Part shown: positions 12,816-24,900 of the stretch, piece by piece
Position numbering within the stretch: position 1 is the first letter of the stretch
Layout of the letters: each line of letters starts with the position of its first letter
From: Gnetum montanum
Taxonomy: Eukaryota; Plantae; Gnetophyta
Assembly (NCBI GenBank): GCA_015680685.1
Contig: MNCI01002465.1
Span: forward strand, 747,488-811,487
Direction: 5' to 3'
Length of the DNA stretch: 64,000 nt
Program-made: the position numbers and the translations under genes
The notes under the pieces: generated by a model
Databases searched by the model: none
The model's input: only the letters and a program-made list of their open reading frames with translations
Told to the model about the DNA's origin: nothing

Positions 12816-14273
12816 CTATGAGCCGGAGATTCGCGATTCCGGACAAATTTTCACGAACTGTTCCCTAGGATTCCGGAGCGCACAGAAGCGTATTAAATTC
12901 GCAATGGGTACGTATTTCATAATTTCCAATGAAATTTTGTCTGGATTTGTACTTATACATTACTTTTGTCTGGATTTATACTTATACATTGAAATGGTCG
13001 CCTTGCCTTGCCTCCCCTCCTATTGTTCTTGCCTTTTTAGTGATGTCTGCATTTTACATTAAAATCTTAAGTATTAAAATCTTACGTATCTACTCCTATT
13101 CTGAATCATAACAAAAATTTCATTTCATTGTTAAGTGGCAAGGAAGCAATCAAGATTCATGGCATCGGAATGAGACGGACCACAGAAAACAAGGGAGTAC
13201 GAATAAATAAACAAACACTATGGTAACCGAAGGCCGAAGGGGCAAGTATGGGTCATACGGAAATCAAGTTTTGGACGGGGCGTGCGAGGAAAACATTGCA
13301 TTTGCATGGATTCGCCTGTCTTTCGGAGCGTAAAAGGTTCCGCCATGACTCACACATTCACGCGTGTTTATTGTTCATTGCTGGATTTTGCTCTTTTTCT
13401 CATATCTCTGCTGAAAAAAAAAAAAAAAACAAAACAGGGTCATCGTCATGGGTCATGAGTCATGAACATGATGACGGATGGATGCATGTTCAACTATTTT
13501 AAAAATCTGTTTGCTTATAAAGCAACCAAGCCCACCAGCAGCACATGGCCAATGGCCATATGCAAGCTCATGGTGCTCTGTTTTTACTTTCCCCTTCATT
13601 ATGACTAGTGCTGATTTTTCCATGACTAGTGCCGATTTTCCAGCGTCTCACAGATTTTCGATCACTGTAGGTGAGGTGAGTTCCTGGCTGTGCCTAGTTT
13701 AGTTAAGCTGTGTTTTCTTTTAATGCTGTCATCTTCAATGTTGCCCTGTGGCGCTACTCACAGGTAGTCCCTAGGGTGCTATTCACATGTAGTTGTTGAA
13801 AAAAAGTATTAGCAGACCTGATTTGTTATAAATTTGGTTGAGGCTTGAGGCTTAATTTCATTTTTGGAAATATTGGATTGAGTAACAAAGGGGTTTCATT
13901 TTATTGCTGTCATTTTGGTTGTTGCAGAAATTATATGTTTGGCCAGATCATGGCTCCTGAGTAAGGAAATGGATTCAATGCCCTTCATACATCTGCAAAT
14001 TTTCTTGCTTCAATTAAATGGTGATATTGCAATCTTCTCTGCAATTTTTAAGCAGTAACAATATTTTGGATTTACATTGTTCCATATTTTACAATGTATT
14101 TTTATGATATATAAGATTTAATTTTTTAAAAAACTAATATATTTAAATTTTTCTGTATCACCCCCCGCTACGAACCCGTCCCCACTTTTCTTGAGGCACA
14201 CGTACCCAAACACGTTCAGAATCATGAATCCTCGATTTCTGGCTTCCACGAATCGGATTCTTTTGATGCATAG
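12816..14273. mobile_element. Non-autonomous TIR DNA transposon (hAT-like ends, no transposase seen)
   Basis: Ends CTATG...CATAG with imperfect GATTC/GAATC subterminal motifs, flanked by a direct CCTGTTA (12809-12815 and 14274-14280). Interior is AT-rich and nuclear-like. Confidence 0.7.
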
Positions 14274-15129
14274 CCTGTTAGTATACAAACAGCCATGTCA
14301 CTTTGCACTTCTAACTGTAGCTAGTTACATAGTTGTTTGATTACGCGAGCTTCGGCCAGCGATAGTTGTTACTTGGTCGTGTCTCATAGTATCGAAGACT
14401 AACGTCCATGAATTGAAGGTTACACACTCCGCCGACATAGGTCGACGCTTACTTAACGTAAGGCCGGTTAGGTTGCTTTATATCCCTGTTCCATTAGCGG
14501 GAACAGTGACTCAGTCAATGTGAGGTGCAGGGCTAACGCACGGCCGGTGGGGGATGGTGATTGGACGCAGGCCGACCTTACCAGGACCAATGAACAACCA
14601 AACACCAAATTCGTATGAACCAGATGCCAGTCGACGGTGCAGTCCAATCACTTTCCTTGAGATCGATCGTTAAATAACAACAACAACGCAATAACAACGC
14701 AACGATATTTTCTGTATTGCTGTTATAACAGCGTAAAAAGGGAGGCCGCAAAACAATCGTGTATGTTCAATCAAAAACCATTTGTAGTTACACATTTCTT
14801 GAAAATGTGTCACGTCACATTGGTCACTTAGCACTAAGACAAATCTTGCACAGGATTCAACTTATGCGATTATTTGATAATCTCGTAAGATTAGTGGGGC
14901 CAGGACTTATACGGATTTAGTGGGCCATTACTCTTAACATGCTTGCGTAGGCCACCGACGTACCAATTTGGTTATTCCATTAAACAAAGCGTAGAAGAGC
15001 CGGCTAGGGAGAGGAGCGAAGATCGGAAGACCGCAAGCATATAACACTTCAAGGATACGTTTTTTGCATGCATGAAGACGTCCACTTCAAGGACATGTTT
15101 TTTGCATGCATGAAGACGTCGGTCACCAA

Positions 15130-16488
15130 TGTAACGATGGAAAATGTTGATTGCTAGAAATACCGAACGAAAGTCCGCGTACACAGTTTTAACCCGGATC
15201 CGTGCGAAGACTATGCTGGAGAGAAAACAAATCCGAGGTGTTTTGAACGGTCTTGTCGATGAGACAAGGACTTACTTGACCAGTAAAAATTTTTGTGATA
15301 TTTGGATAATAAAATGATGGATCTTTACGGGAAGATCTGATATCATTAACTTAGCAGGTAATTAAAAACAACGAAATAGATTTATGACGATTTGCAAGAT
15401 TTACGACGTATAGATGAGGCACAAGGGATTAGATTTAGAATGCGGGCAATCCCGAGATCTAGGATTCACCTCCCAAACAAAATATATTGAATATAACTAT
15501 TACAAGCAGACTTCGATCTGGGCGAAGTGTGTGCCAATAACAAGAAAAACTATTCAAAGATGAAGCAAGCAATGGTCGATCTACCTCGTTCTAGCGGTGT
15601 AAAAGGGAGCTGGTCCAAAGCAGAATGTCTGTCAACCTGCTATTCCTAACTAGAGATTTTTGCCAGTTACCTTCTATATTCTTGTGATTAATGATCCTTC
15701 TTGTTTTCTTGTCAAAAGCTGTCAACGATTATCAACAGCAAGGCAAAAGAAATCGCTCACGGAGAAAATTCGTTCAATCTTTGGAGAAATTTCCTTTCTT
15801 CTTTTCTTTATCAGTTGGAGCATTTATAAGATTAAAGTCAAGAGAAAGACGCAATTTAGAGGATGCGTATCTTGAATTTGCAAAATGCCGTTAACTTGAT
15901 GTGGTGTTTGTTGAGGTCTACGGTGCCACACTGCCTTACGCTCTAAAGCGTAACACAGCGTAAACCGCTCTTGTTGAAGTTTTGGCAACAGGCGATTTCT
16001 TGATTACGCTATAGTACGCTGGAGAGCGTATTGCGCCGCATGGACTGCTGATGCTTGTATTACGCTGCACCCTGCTAAATTACGCTGCACCACGCCAAAT
16101 TACGCTTCATAGTGTAATCTAGCGTAAAATAGTACACTTACAGAAAATCGAAGTGTTGCTAAAGTTTTTGGGCATTTACCATCCTCAATGTTGTGGCGGA
16201 TTGTTTTTTGACATTACGCTGCATTATGCCATGTTGTGTAATACAGTGTAAGATGCCAAAAAACTAAGGTTCTCAAAACATAGAGATTTTGAAAGGTCGA
16301 AAACTTGCCGCTGTGCACCCATCATTTTGCTGTCTTCTGGAATTCATTTGTGCTGTGCCGCACAGTGTGATAGGACAAGCTTTTAATTTGAAAAGGAACT
16401 TGTTGTGTTGCACTTTTTTAGAACCTTTTGCCTAAATCACCAACGTTTTGCTGAACCGCCGAGGCCTCAAAATTTTCACAGTGTTTCA
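15130..16488 (-). repeat. 3' LTR of the Ogre-like element
   Basis: TGTAACGATG...GTGTTTCA. Collinear with 31200-32558; differences are mostly transitions. Confidence 0.95.
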
Positions 16489-16502
16489 ATAGCCCCTCTT
16501 TG
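16489..16502 (-). promoter_or_regulatory. Polypurine tract
   Basis: Minus strand reads AAAGAGGGGCTAT immediately before the 3' LTR. Confidence 0.8.
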
Positions 16503-16957
16503 TTGACGTTTAAAGGGCTTGCTCGAAAGACATCGACAAAGAATACGAAACACCGGAAAGGTAAAGGCATCAACAACATCTGTCGGGGACTGCTCAAATG
16601 TCATTCTATCAAACTTAGAAGTGCGAGGATGAAGGGCCATAAGGTATATGAGGGATCTTATAGGAATTAGAGATCGTAGGTTCAGGGAAGACTCAAATAC
16701 ATGAACATGCAGCTTTTCCGAACAAGTCATTACGTCCTTTTATTAATGTGTTTGTGAAAGGTTATGTCGGCATATTGCATATGGGGGGCTTGCAAGGACG
16801 AGTTGTGTTATGCCTGCATGGCCTGCATGAGTTGTTTTACATCCATTTCACCAAGTGTTGCCCCCTGCATTTTTTTTTCTGAAAAAGTGCAGATCGCATC
16901 CCACAAGGCGAGCTGCGTTACGCATGTTCGTGGACATGATGATGCAACAGGATTGAC

Positions 16958-17560
16958 TTAATGCTCACGTTCTATACAAGCAGGGACGAAGTTAAGGATG
17001 ATTGTAAAGATAAGGAAAGAGGAAAATAAAGTAAAGCATCCGATGGAGGGAGAGGTAAGGTTTGCACTTCTAAGTAGCCAGACTAGTCTGAGTAGCCATC
17101 TCAAAATGCCATAACACCTCACCTTCCAATGAAAGTGATCTCGATCTATGCTGTCGTAACAAGTAACCTGCCAAACATAACAAAGATCAGAGAGCCAGAA
17201 ACAAATGCCCTGGTCACTAAGGAGGGAGGCTGTTGAAAAAAGCGCTATCCAAAGTAAAAGAGAGAGCGTAGGCCATGAAACAGGAACCGTAACAAGGAGC
17301 AAGCATCCCAATGTTGGTGCCACAGTTCGTGCAGCCGCCGTTGAGCCAAATTCATGTTGCTCAAATGATTGGGAAAAAAACAAGTTAGATGAATCTGCTA
17401 GGCCGGAGCTTGGTGACGGCAATGAATGGAGGCTGCTGAGACTATGGATGACCATAGTTTTTTCGTGGCCCCAAGTGGCAAAGTTGATCCTAGGAGGTGC
17501 AGCTACAGAGTGATCATCGTAGCAACATCTCCGAGGGGTCAGTAGTATGCCTTTCGGCAT
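16958..17560 (-). CDS. Hypothetical 200-aa hydrophobic ORF between integrase and 3' LTR, sense to gag-pol
   Basis: Open ATG ORF with several hydrophobic stretches. No family recognised. Confidence 0.3.
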   Translation of the reverse strand: MPKGILLTPRRCCYDDHSVAAPPRINFATWGHEKTMVIHSLSSLHSLPSPSSGLADSSNLFFSQSFEQHEFGSTAAARTVAPTLGCLLLVTVPVSWPTLSLLLWIALFSTASLLSDQGICFWLSDLCYVWQVTCYDSIDRDHFHWKVRCYGILRWLLRLVWLLRSANLTSPSIGCFTLFSSFLIFTIILNFVPACIEREH

Positions 17561-17692
17561 GTCCGAGGAATCAGCAGAATATCGGTGGGGTAACGGTGTT
17601 GCGTCTGTCCCAACGCCTTACTTGTTCCATCTGGTAGGGATGCTGTGCAAGAATGACCACACTCGCTTGCTTCATGGAATGCTCGACAGATT

Positions 17693-18049
17693 CCAGTTTT
17701 GGGTCCTGGTTGACTGTTGTGGCTAGTTTTAAGTCTCAGCAGACCGTGGTCCCAGTTTAACGTCTACGTAGATTGAAATCTGCTAGTTTTACGTCATAGC
17801 AGACAGTGGAAGGGCTAGGTTATGGTCCTAGTAGACCGTGCTGTGGGTGTTAGTTTTATGTTGTGACTTAGGGACAAGTCTGCGCTGGTTTAACATCTCA
17901 GCAGACGTGTGCTTACCTTGCTAATTTCTCGTCATGGCGGACGATCAGAAACTTTGTCAGTTTAGCGTCTTAGCGGATGCGTGCAAAGAATGCCAGTTTT
18001 ACGTCGTAGCAGACGTTTACAACTTTGCCAGTTTTAGGTCGTAGTGGAC
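17693..18049. repeat. Array of about 11 degenerate 23-bp motifs (GCYAGTTTTACGTCNTAGCRGAC) with variable spacers in the element 3' UTR
   Basis: Examples: gctagttttacgtcatagcagac (17782), gccagttttacgtcgtagcagac (17992), gccagttttaggtcgtagtggac (18027). Confidence 0.8.
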
Positions 18050-18081
18050 ATTTGTTACCTAAGTTTGAGCCAAGTCGATGT

Positions 18082-19364
18082 TCAGATGTAATATCACTTT
18101 AGATACATATGATTCACTAGATTTGGTAGTTCGTTACCGTCGATATCTGCTAACTTGAATGCTCCGTTGCCGTATGCGCCGATGACCAGGAAAGGGTCTT
18201 CCCAGTTTGCAGAGAACTTGCCTGCTGGCTCATGAATGGCCTTGAGAACTAAGTCTCCTTTCTCGATTGATCGTTGATGTAGGTTACGCCAATGCTTCTG
18301 TCTCTGTTTATCCTAATATCTTTCGATGGTGTCGAGCGTTTGGATGCGCTTCTCCTCTACTGAGTCCAAATTCATGGTCCTAGACTCGTTGTGCTAAGTC
18401 TCATTTATAACCGTGGAGAGGACCATTCGCAATGAGGAAACTTGTAATTCCAAGGGCAACACTGCTTTAGATCCATAGACTAGGCTATAGGGCATCCTGT
18501 CTGTAGCTATTCTGCAGATCGTACGATATGCCCATAGAACGTAGAGGATTTTTTCATGCCACCATTTTTTATTGTTGCTAATAATCTTCTTATGCAAATT
18601 GATGATTACCTTGTTTGTTGCTTCTTCTTGACCATTTACTTGCGGGTAATATGGTGAAGAAAAGGATTGCTTGCTACCAAGATTATTGCAAAAATATTTG
18701 GTTTCTGTGCTACTAAATTGTGGTCCATTGTCAATCACAATAGTCATAGGGAGTCCAAATCTGGTTACAATATTATCTAAGATGAAATGGAAAACCTGTT
18801 GAGATGTAATCTTTCGTAGGGGGATAACCTCAACCCACTTTGTAAAATACTCAGTGGCGGTGATAATGAAGCTATGTCCTGCAGAAGATTTACGTGCGAT
18901 GGAACCTATGATGTCTAATCCCCATCATTGAAATGGCCAAGTAATCTGGGTAGTGTGTAACTCAGTTGATGACACGTGTATTAGATTTGTGTAATGTTGG
19001 CATGTGTCACACGTCTTAACCTTGGCAAGGTAGTCTTTTTCCATGTACACCCAGTAGTATCCTAGACTTCTGATTTTAGCGGCCATAGCTCGCGGGGCCA
19101 CATATCCTCCGCACAGCCCTTCATGGACTTCGTTAACTATTTGTTGTGCTTGATCACTGTTAACGTAGGTAAGCAATACCCCATCGAAAGAGCGTCTACA
19201 GAGAGTACTATCTCCAAGGATGACATATTGCCTGGCACACTTGCGCACTGCATCCTTTTGCGCATGTGTTAGCTCGTGCGGTGGTTTGCCATGCAGAAGG
19301 TAAGTTTTAATGTTGTCATATCATTCAAACGTTCCTTCTGGGTTTAATGAAGAAATCTGCACCG
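18082..19364 (-). pseudogene. Integrase of the Ogre-like element, with stops
   Basis: HHCC region (VHEGLCGG, GYYW, CDTCQ), WPFQ*WGLD, DNGPQF, YPQVNGQEE and LWAYRT. Confidence 0.9.
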
Positions 19365-19365
19365 N

Positions 19366-19832
19366 CCCTCAGAGGATTGTTGACAGCCAGAGAATTCAAA
19401 GTTTAACACCTGGTAATCCGAGGTGATTCGATGCTTGTCATCAATCAAATCACAGGAGTCCACGCCTACAAGGATGTACATCTATAGCCCTACTGTGATA
19501 TGGCTAAAGATCTCCTGAAACAATTCATGACAACCAATGCCCAACACGTGATGTGCAATGAAAATGTTGTTGCCGATGCACTAGCAACACTGGCACTAAA
19601 TGTGCCACCACGCTTGTTTGCCACTTGGCCTACTTTAATGATAGATAGTACAGAGCCTGTCATTCAAGCGGTGCAGATTTCTTCATTAAACCCAGAAGGA
19701 ACGTTTGAATGATATGACAACATTAAAACTTACCTTCTGCATGGCAAACCACCGCACGAGCTAACACATGCGCAAAAGGATGCAGTGCGCAAGTGTGCCA
19801 GGCAATATGTCATCCTTGGAGATAGTACTCTC
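19366..19832 (+). pseudogene. Additional archaeal-type RNase H (aRH) segment, inverted between two single Ns (likely mis-oriented contig)
   Basis: Plus-strand translation gives RGDSMLVINQITG and HVMCNENVVADALA. 19669-19832 is the reverse complement of 19201-19364. Confidence 0.85.
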
Positions 19833-19833
19833 N

Positions 19834-21417
19834 TCAGCGAGCTATTCTACTACTTTCATACAAGTTGTTGGAGATAGCCTGCAGAACGTTACTTTTCGAA
19901 ATTATGTTGACCCGACTACGGAAAAGATAATGCCTACATTTTTTAAGTGCAAATACTAATGCCAAACAATTACGCTCCACTTCATTATACCTTGTTTCGT
20001 ACACAAATCGAGCATGACTGAGGTAATAGATAGGGGCTTCTGATCCATCATTCCTTTTCTGGCAAAGTAATGCAGCTATAGACACGTCTGATTTAGCTAG
20101 ATAAATGTAGAAAGGTTGATCCCTTTGTGGCAGGAAAACCATTGGTAAATGTTGTAGCTCCTTTCTTAAATCGTCAAATGCACGTTGATAGTCATCAGTC
20201 CATTTGAAATTAACGCCCTTCTTCAGGAGATGTTGCATGGGCTGTAATTTATCTGTTAGCTTTGAAATGAACCGCTTGATAAATTGAAGTCTGCCCTGTA
20301 ACCCACGTAGTTCCTTGAGGTTTGTAGGTGGTGTTAAATCAACAATGGCCTTAACCTTGTCGGGGTCAACTCGGATGCCAGTCTCTGATACCACAAACCC
20401 CAAAATGTGTTCGATTTTGACTCCGAGTACGCATTTCTTTGGGTTGAGCCGTAGTAAGTCATGTTCGAGACATCGTTTAAGTACTAACTCTAGGTCTTCT
20501 GAATGATCTTCTGACTTTATAGATTTCACAGCTATGTCATCCACGTAGTCGTTCAATCTCCCTAAGAGGTAGTCGCTAAAGATGTATGTCATGGCTCGTT
20601 GATACGTTGCTCTAGTGTTTTTTAGTCCAAAAGGCATCATGGTGTAACAGAAGGTTCCACAAGGTGTCATGAATGTCGTAGTCAATTGATGTTCCGAATT
20701 AATACGAATTTGATTATAGCCTGAAAAGTCATCCATAAAAGATAGGAGCGTGTGACCAGCTGTTGTGTCGATCAGTTGGTCAATACTAGGTAATGGGAAA
20801 TTGTCCTTAATCGTAGCTTTGTTCAGATCCCGGAAGTCTATGCAGATGCGTATACCTCCTGTTTTCTTAGAAACAACTATGATGTTGGACACCCAGTCTG
20901 AGTAATCCACCGCGTGAATGAAACCAGATTGATACAACTTGGTGATTTCATTATGCACTGCTAGCGCAATTTTCGGCTTAATATTTTGTGCCTTCTGTCT
21001 AATTGGTTTGATGCGTGGATCTAAGATTATGTTGTGCTGCATTAATCTCGGGTTTAAACCTGGCATGTCTTCATATGACCATGCGAATACAACAGCATTA
21101 TTTTGGAGAACTCGTGTTATGTCGCTTTGCATCTGTTGGTCTAGGAGAGAACTAACCCTAAGAGTTTTATTTTCATCTCTGTGCATAACCATAGGGACCT
21201 CGCTGAGAGGGTCCTCGGTTACATCACCAGCCTCCAGGTTGAGTGTTCGGGCCAGATGTTCTGGCCAGTCAGGGGATGTTTCCAATGTTTCTATGGTTGC
21301 ATCGTAAAGGGAAACGTTCGTTCCTATTAGCGTGTGATTGAAATGTCTAATTATCTTCCCATGCGACCCTGTTAAGGCTAAGGATGCAGATAAAGTTGTG
21401 TCCATTTGCAAATGGCC
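19834..21417 (-). CDS. Reverse transcriptase + RNase H of the Ogre-like element (predicted second exon of gag-pol)
   Basis: FAWSYEDMPG, IRICIDFRDLNKA, FSGYNQI, MPFGLKN, YVDDI, LNPKKC and PIYYLS. Pyrimidine-rich TTTTGCAG acceptor at 21418. Confidence 0.95.
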   Translation of the reverse strand, partial: GHLQMDTTLSASLALTGSHGKIIRHFNHTLIGTNVSLYDATIETLETSPDWPEHLARTLNLEAGDVTEDPLSEVPMVMHRDENKTLRVSSLLDQQMQSDITRVLQNNAVVFAWSYEDMPGLNPRLMQHNIILDPRIKPIRQKAQNIKPKIALAVHNEITKLYQSGFIHAVDYSDWVSNIIVVSKKTGGIRICIDFRDLNKATIKDNFPLPSIDQLIDTTAGHTLLSFMDDFSGYNQIRINSEHQLTTTFMTPCGTFCYTMMPFGLKNTRATYQRAMTYIFSDYLLGRLNDYVDDIAVKSIKSEDHSEDLELVLKRCLEHDLLRLNPKKCVLGVKIEHILGFVVSETGIRVDPDKVKAIVDLTPPTNLKELRGLQGRLQFIKRFISKLTDKLQPMQHLLKKGVNFKWTDDYQRAFDDLRKELQHLPMVFLPQRDQPFYIYLAKSDVSIAALLCQKRNDGSEAPIYYLSHARFVYETRYNEVERNCLALVFALKKCRHYLFRSRVNIISKSNVLQAISNNLYESSRIAR

Positions 21418-21998
21418 CTGCAAAATCACCAAAAATGGAAGTTGTTACATTGTCTTTCTACCAATCTATTGAATGATAAATGTTTGTTTGTTTTCATGTC
21501 AGAATTACGTGTCAGAGGAGTTTCCAGTTTAAGGTCTTAGTGGACCATTACAAATACGCATAGTTTATAAAAAGAAATGACAAGCTAGGATTCCTAGATG
21601 CTAGTGTATAAAATAGAATGCAAGATGTAACGTGGCTTGTCTAGCGTGTCAAAATAATTGGATTTGAAATTTTGCACAGACAGTAGTTAATGCGACCAGA
21701 TTACAAGGTGATAAGCTATATATTAGTTTAGGGTCATTTCGGATCGTAACTCATGCGATATCTACGAAATTAATGCCCTGATCTTCGAGCCCCATGTCAT
21801 ACTAACACCTACGTTTCGGGAAAGTTCCACGTCGATCGAGCATAAAGAATCAGTTAGTTTCAAGCATTTTGTTTATAAACCAGTGGTTCATACTCAAAAC
21901 AGGTTACTGATATCGCGAATTTGGATCTAGCTATAGCAGAAAGAGAGCGTAAGCAAAGTGTAAGCAGAGGACTACGTAGATTTTTTTCGATTGCAGCC

Positions 21999-24900
21999 AT
22001 GGCACCAAAGGTCAAAGGAAAGAACGTTAAGTTGGCCATCTACCCGCTAGAGTAGAGGCTCGAGAAGTTACTCCCCTCAACCGGTAAATCGCCATCTACT
22101 CGTTTGCACTATTGTCACGTTTGTTACAGTGTCGTAGTTGTTTTTATTTTGAATACGCATGTTGCGTCAGCGTTAATGTTTGTTTACGCGAGCTGCGCTA
22201 TTGCTATTTGCCAGTCTTTTCATTGTTATGAAAGTTTAGGGAGTATGGAGTAACGCTATGTAGATGTATAGCTGAAAAAAATCTAAGTACTGTATTCATG
22301 CGTGGCGTAATTGGAGTCCTATTTTCTTTTTCTTTTTTATTGGTTCTAATAGTTATTTGGTACACTGGGGTAATACGTAGTGTTTCTTTCATTATCGTTG
22401 TCAAAGAAAAACCTTGAGCTATTGCAAGGGTTTGGGTGATTTTGGTTATGCGTCTCCAGTGTACTCTGTAATTTTCTGAGAATCGTGCAAACCCTAGTGT
22501 AACGTGATGAATGTTCCTGTCTAAATAGTTTGTCTGATAGTAATACGTTCTTTTTATTGTACAACATTATGCTAAAACCCCTCCTAATCATTTTGGACAT
22601 TGTGGGCATTCTATGCTACATCCATGTTCCCGCGGCCAATGTTCCTCCTCCTCATGCTTGTATAAAGGAGGAGGCGGTATGGTTCCGAAGGGGCTTGTGG
22701 GATTTTTTGCAATTTTTGCTTCGTAATTACAGTGTAATCGTCTGGTCGCATCTACCAAGCAATGAAGCTACTGCTATTTTAGAGATGCTATTGGTTGGTT
22801 CAACACAGAGCATCTTAGCATTTTTGTCAAACAGTGCGATCGAAACGGTCCAGGCGCAAGACCGCAAACAGAGTTCCAGGGGTTTGAGGCATTTGAGCTA
22901 GATCTAGGAGATGCCCAGGTTTAATTGCTACCACGCCTATAACACATTGTTCGTGGCTCGTCATCTCACAACCTACTTTCAGAATCCACCTCGAACCATG
23001 CATTATGCAGTTGGGTAAGTTTTATTTCACTTTGCAGTATTGTAATGTGCTAACTACTATTTAAGTGCATGTTGAGCGTAAAGGGATTATCTATGGTGTA
23101 GATTTTTCATCAATGAAAGCGGTCTTTTGGGCAATAATGATACATTGTCGTTGACCAAAAGGGCTATAGGGGAGTTTACCTTTATCAACAACGTACAAGT
23201 TGCCGTCATGGAACAACTGGCGTTCAAGATCCCCGAATATCCTATCCGTTATGCTGACTTCTTTTCTAGATGCAAGAAACTCAAATGGCTGAATAGGGAG
23301 TGGACCTTGGACCCTCCCCTTACCGTTGGAGATGTGGAAAGGAAAATTCCTCCATTTCCTTTACCTTTCGGGCCTAGTAAGCTTTATGATCATGATGAAT
23401 TACGTCAATGTTATTAGTTGGTGTTGGCTTACCTATTGTTTTGTGTTAGCAGTCAGGGAATCACAGGAGATTACGATTATGGCCTCCGGTCGCGAGGCCA
23501 ACAGTATCCTCTTTCATTAGTGTGACATAAAGGAGGCCCAATGTTGGCTCAACCATAGAGCGGCCCCAATTGTAGTAACCAATAACATTTGGGAGGCTGG
23601 ACTAATGGACATTTTCTTAGCCATAACCCCTGATGCTACTGTTGGCGAAATGTTGACCTTAGTCAACTCCTTCAGCGAAGAAGTTGAGCGTCTCTGCAGA
23701 CTCATGCGTAATGTGTGTGTAAATTTGACATTGATGCTAAACTATTTGCTAATCTCTTCGGCATTCCCTCTGAGGATTTTCCTATAGATGAAAAATCGAA
23801 GAGGAGTGCCAAGTACCATCAAGAGATAGAGGAGTGGCTAGGGGTAAAGAAGGAAGTTAAGGGAATCCCTGTTGAAAGGATCAAGTTGGAGGTAGCCCAT
23901 ATTATTTACCCTCTTTTCTGGGCCCGGGCCTTCCCCAAGACACTCTCGCAAGGGAGATCCGGATTATGCAAGAGGTCTTAGAGGAGGGGACACGATTCAA
24001 TTGGATGAGCTATTTTGCCGAAGGCTTGCGCGTTGAGATGGTCAGGCTTTGCAAGAAGCTTGAGTCTCATTTCAACATGCATTTCACCTTCTTCATAGCT
24101 TACTTCTGGCGTTTTACCGAATTTCTGGTAGTCCAGAGGAATGGGGCCTGGGTGCAACAAGACTACAGTCAGATTTCCAAACCATGGATCTCCCATATCT
24201 TCGGCACTATCCGGTCGCAAGACCCTCTTGAAGGGATTGGAGAATCACTGTCGGTAATAAATAGCAGTATGGTGGCACCTCGAATGTGGGGCCAAGATAG
24301 CATGGGTGGGGCAACCCCCTCTTACACTAGTGATGTATCGAGGGGGAAGCGTCTGGCCGCTGAGATAGTGGTTTCATCAGTGCCGCGGAAAAAGTCTCGT
24401 TTGACCGAGGAATCTGCCGAACCAGTGGGTGGCGTGGGGAAGAAAATGCAAATCAGGTTTCAGAGGAGTAATTCTCCAGGCGGTAAGTGGTGAAATGTAT
24501 CAATGGTCATGTTTTATGTAGAGACACCGTTGCATAGTGTAATATTTTTTAAACAAAAGTGAAATCTTACGTTAACTAACTATGTTACATGATAGCGAAG
24601 GAAAGGGCTGTGGAACGATTGACCCCTGAAACAAGGGCTATAGTCTTACGGTGTAGAGAAGGGGTCTCAATTTCTGAAGAGGAGGCCCCAGTCAATAAGG
24701 CGAGGAGTGAACAAGCTCTTGTGCGGGAAGAGGAAATAGCGGTTGAGGATGCCAAAGTTCTTTCGGCTGGGACTAGACAAGGCAAGTGGTTTGTTACTTG
24801 ATAAAGTTAATTCTTGCAGCATAGTAGACTTTAGACAAATTCTAGAGGTTGTGTTGGTCATCATAATGTCTTAGTCATGTCCTTATATGGAATGTATTCT

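Noticed and set aside
15660-15894. ORFs in the LTRs (also 31680-31964)
   Set aside because: Their similarity reflects the LTR duplication; the ORF lengths differ and no domain is evident.
17693-18049. CRISPR array
   Set aside because: The repeats are degenerate, the spacers are short and irregular, there are no cas genes, and the context is a plant retrotransposon UTR.
19201-19832. 164-bp inverted repeat and inverted aRH segment within pol
   Set aside because: Both breakpoints are single Ns (19365, 19833) and the two copies look identical in an otherwise diverged element, so this is a mis-oriented contig overlap, not a biological inversion.
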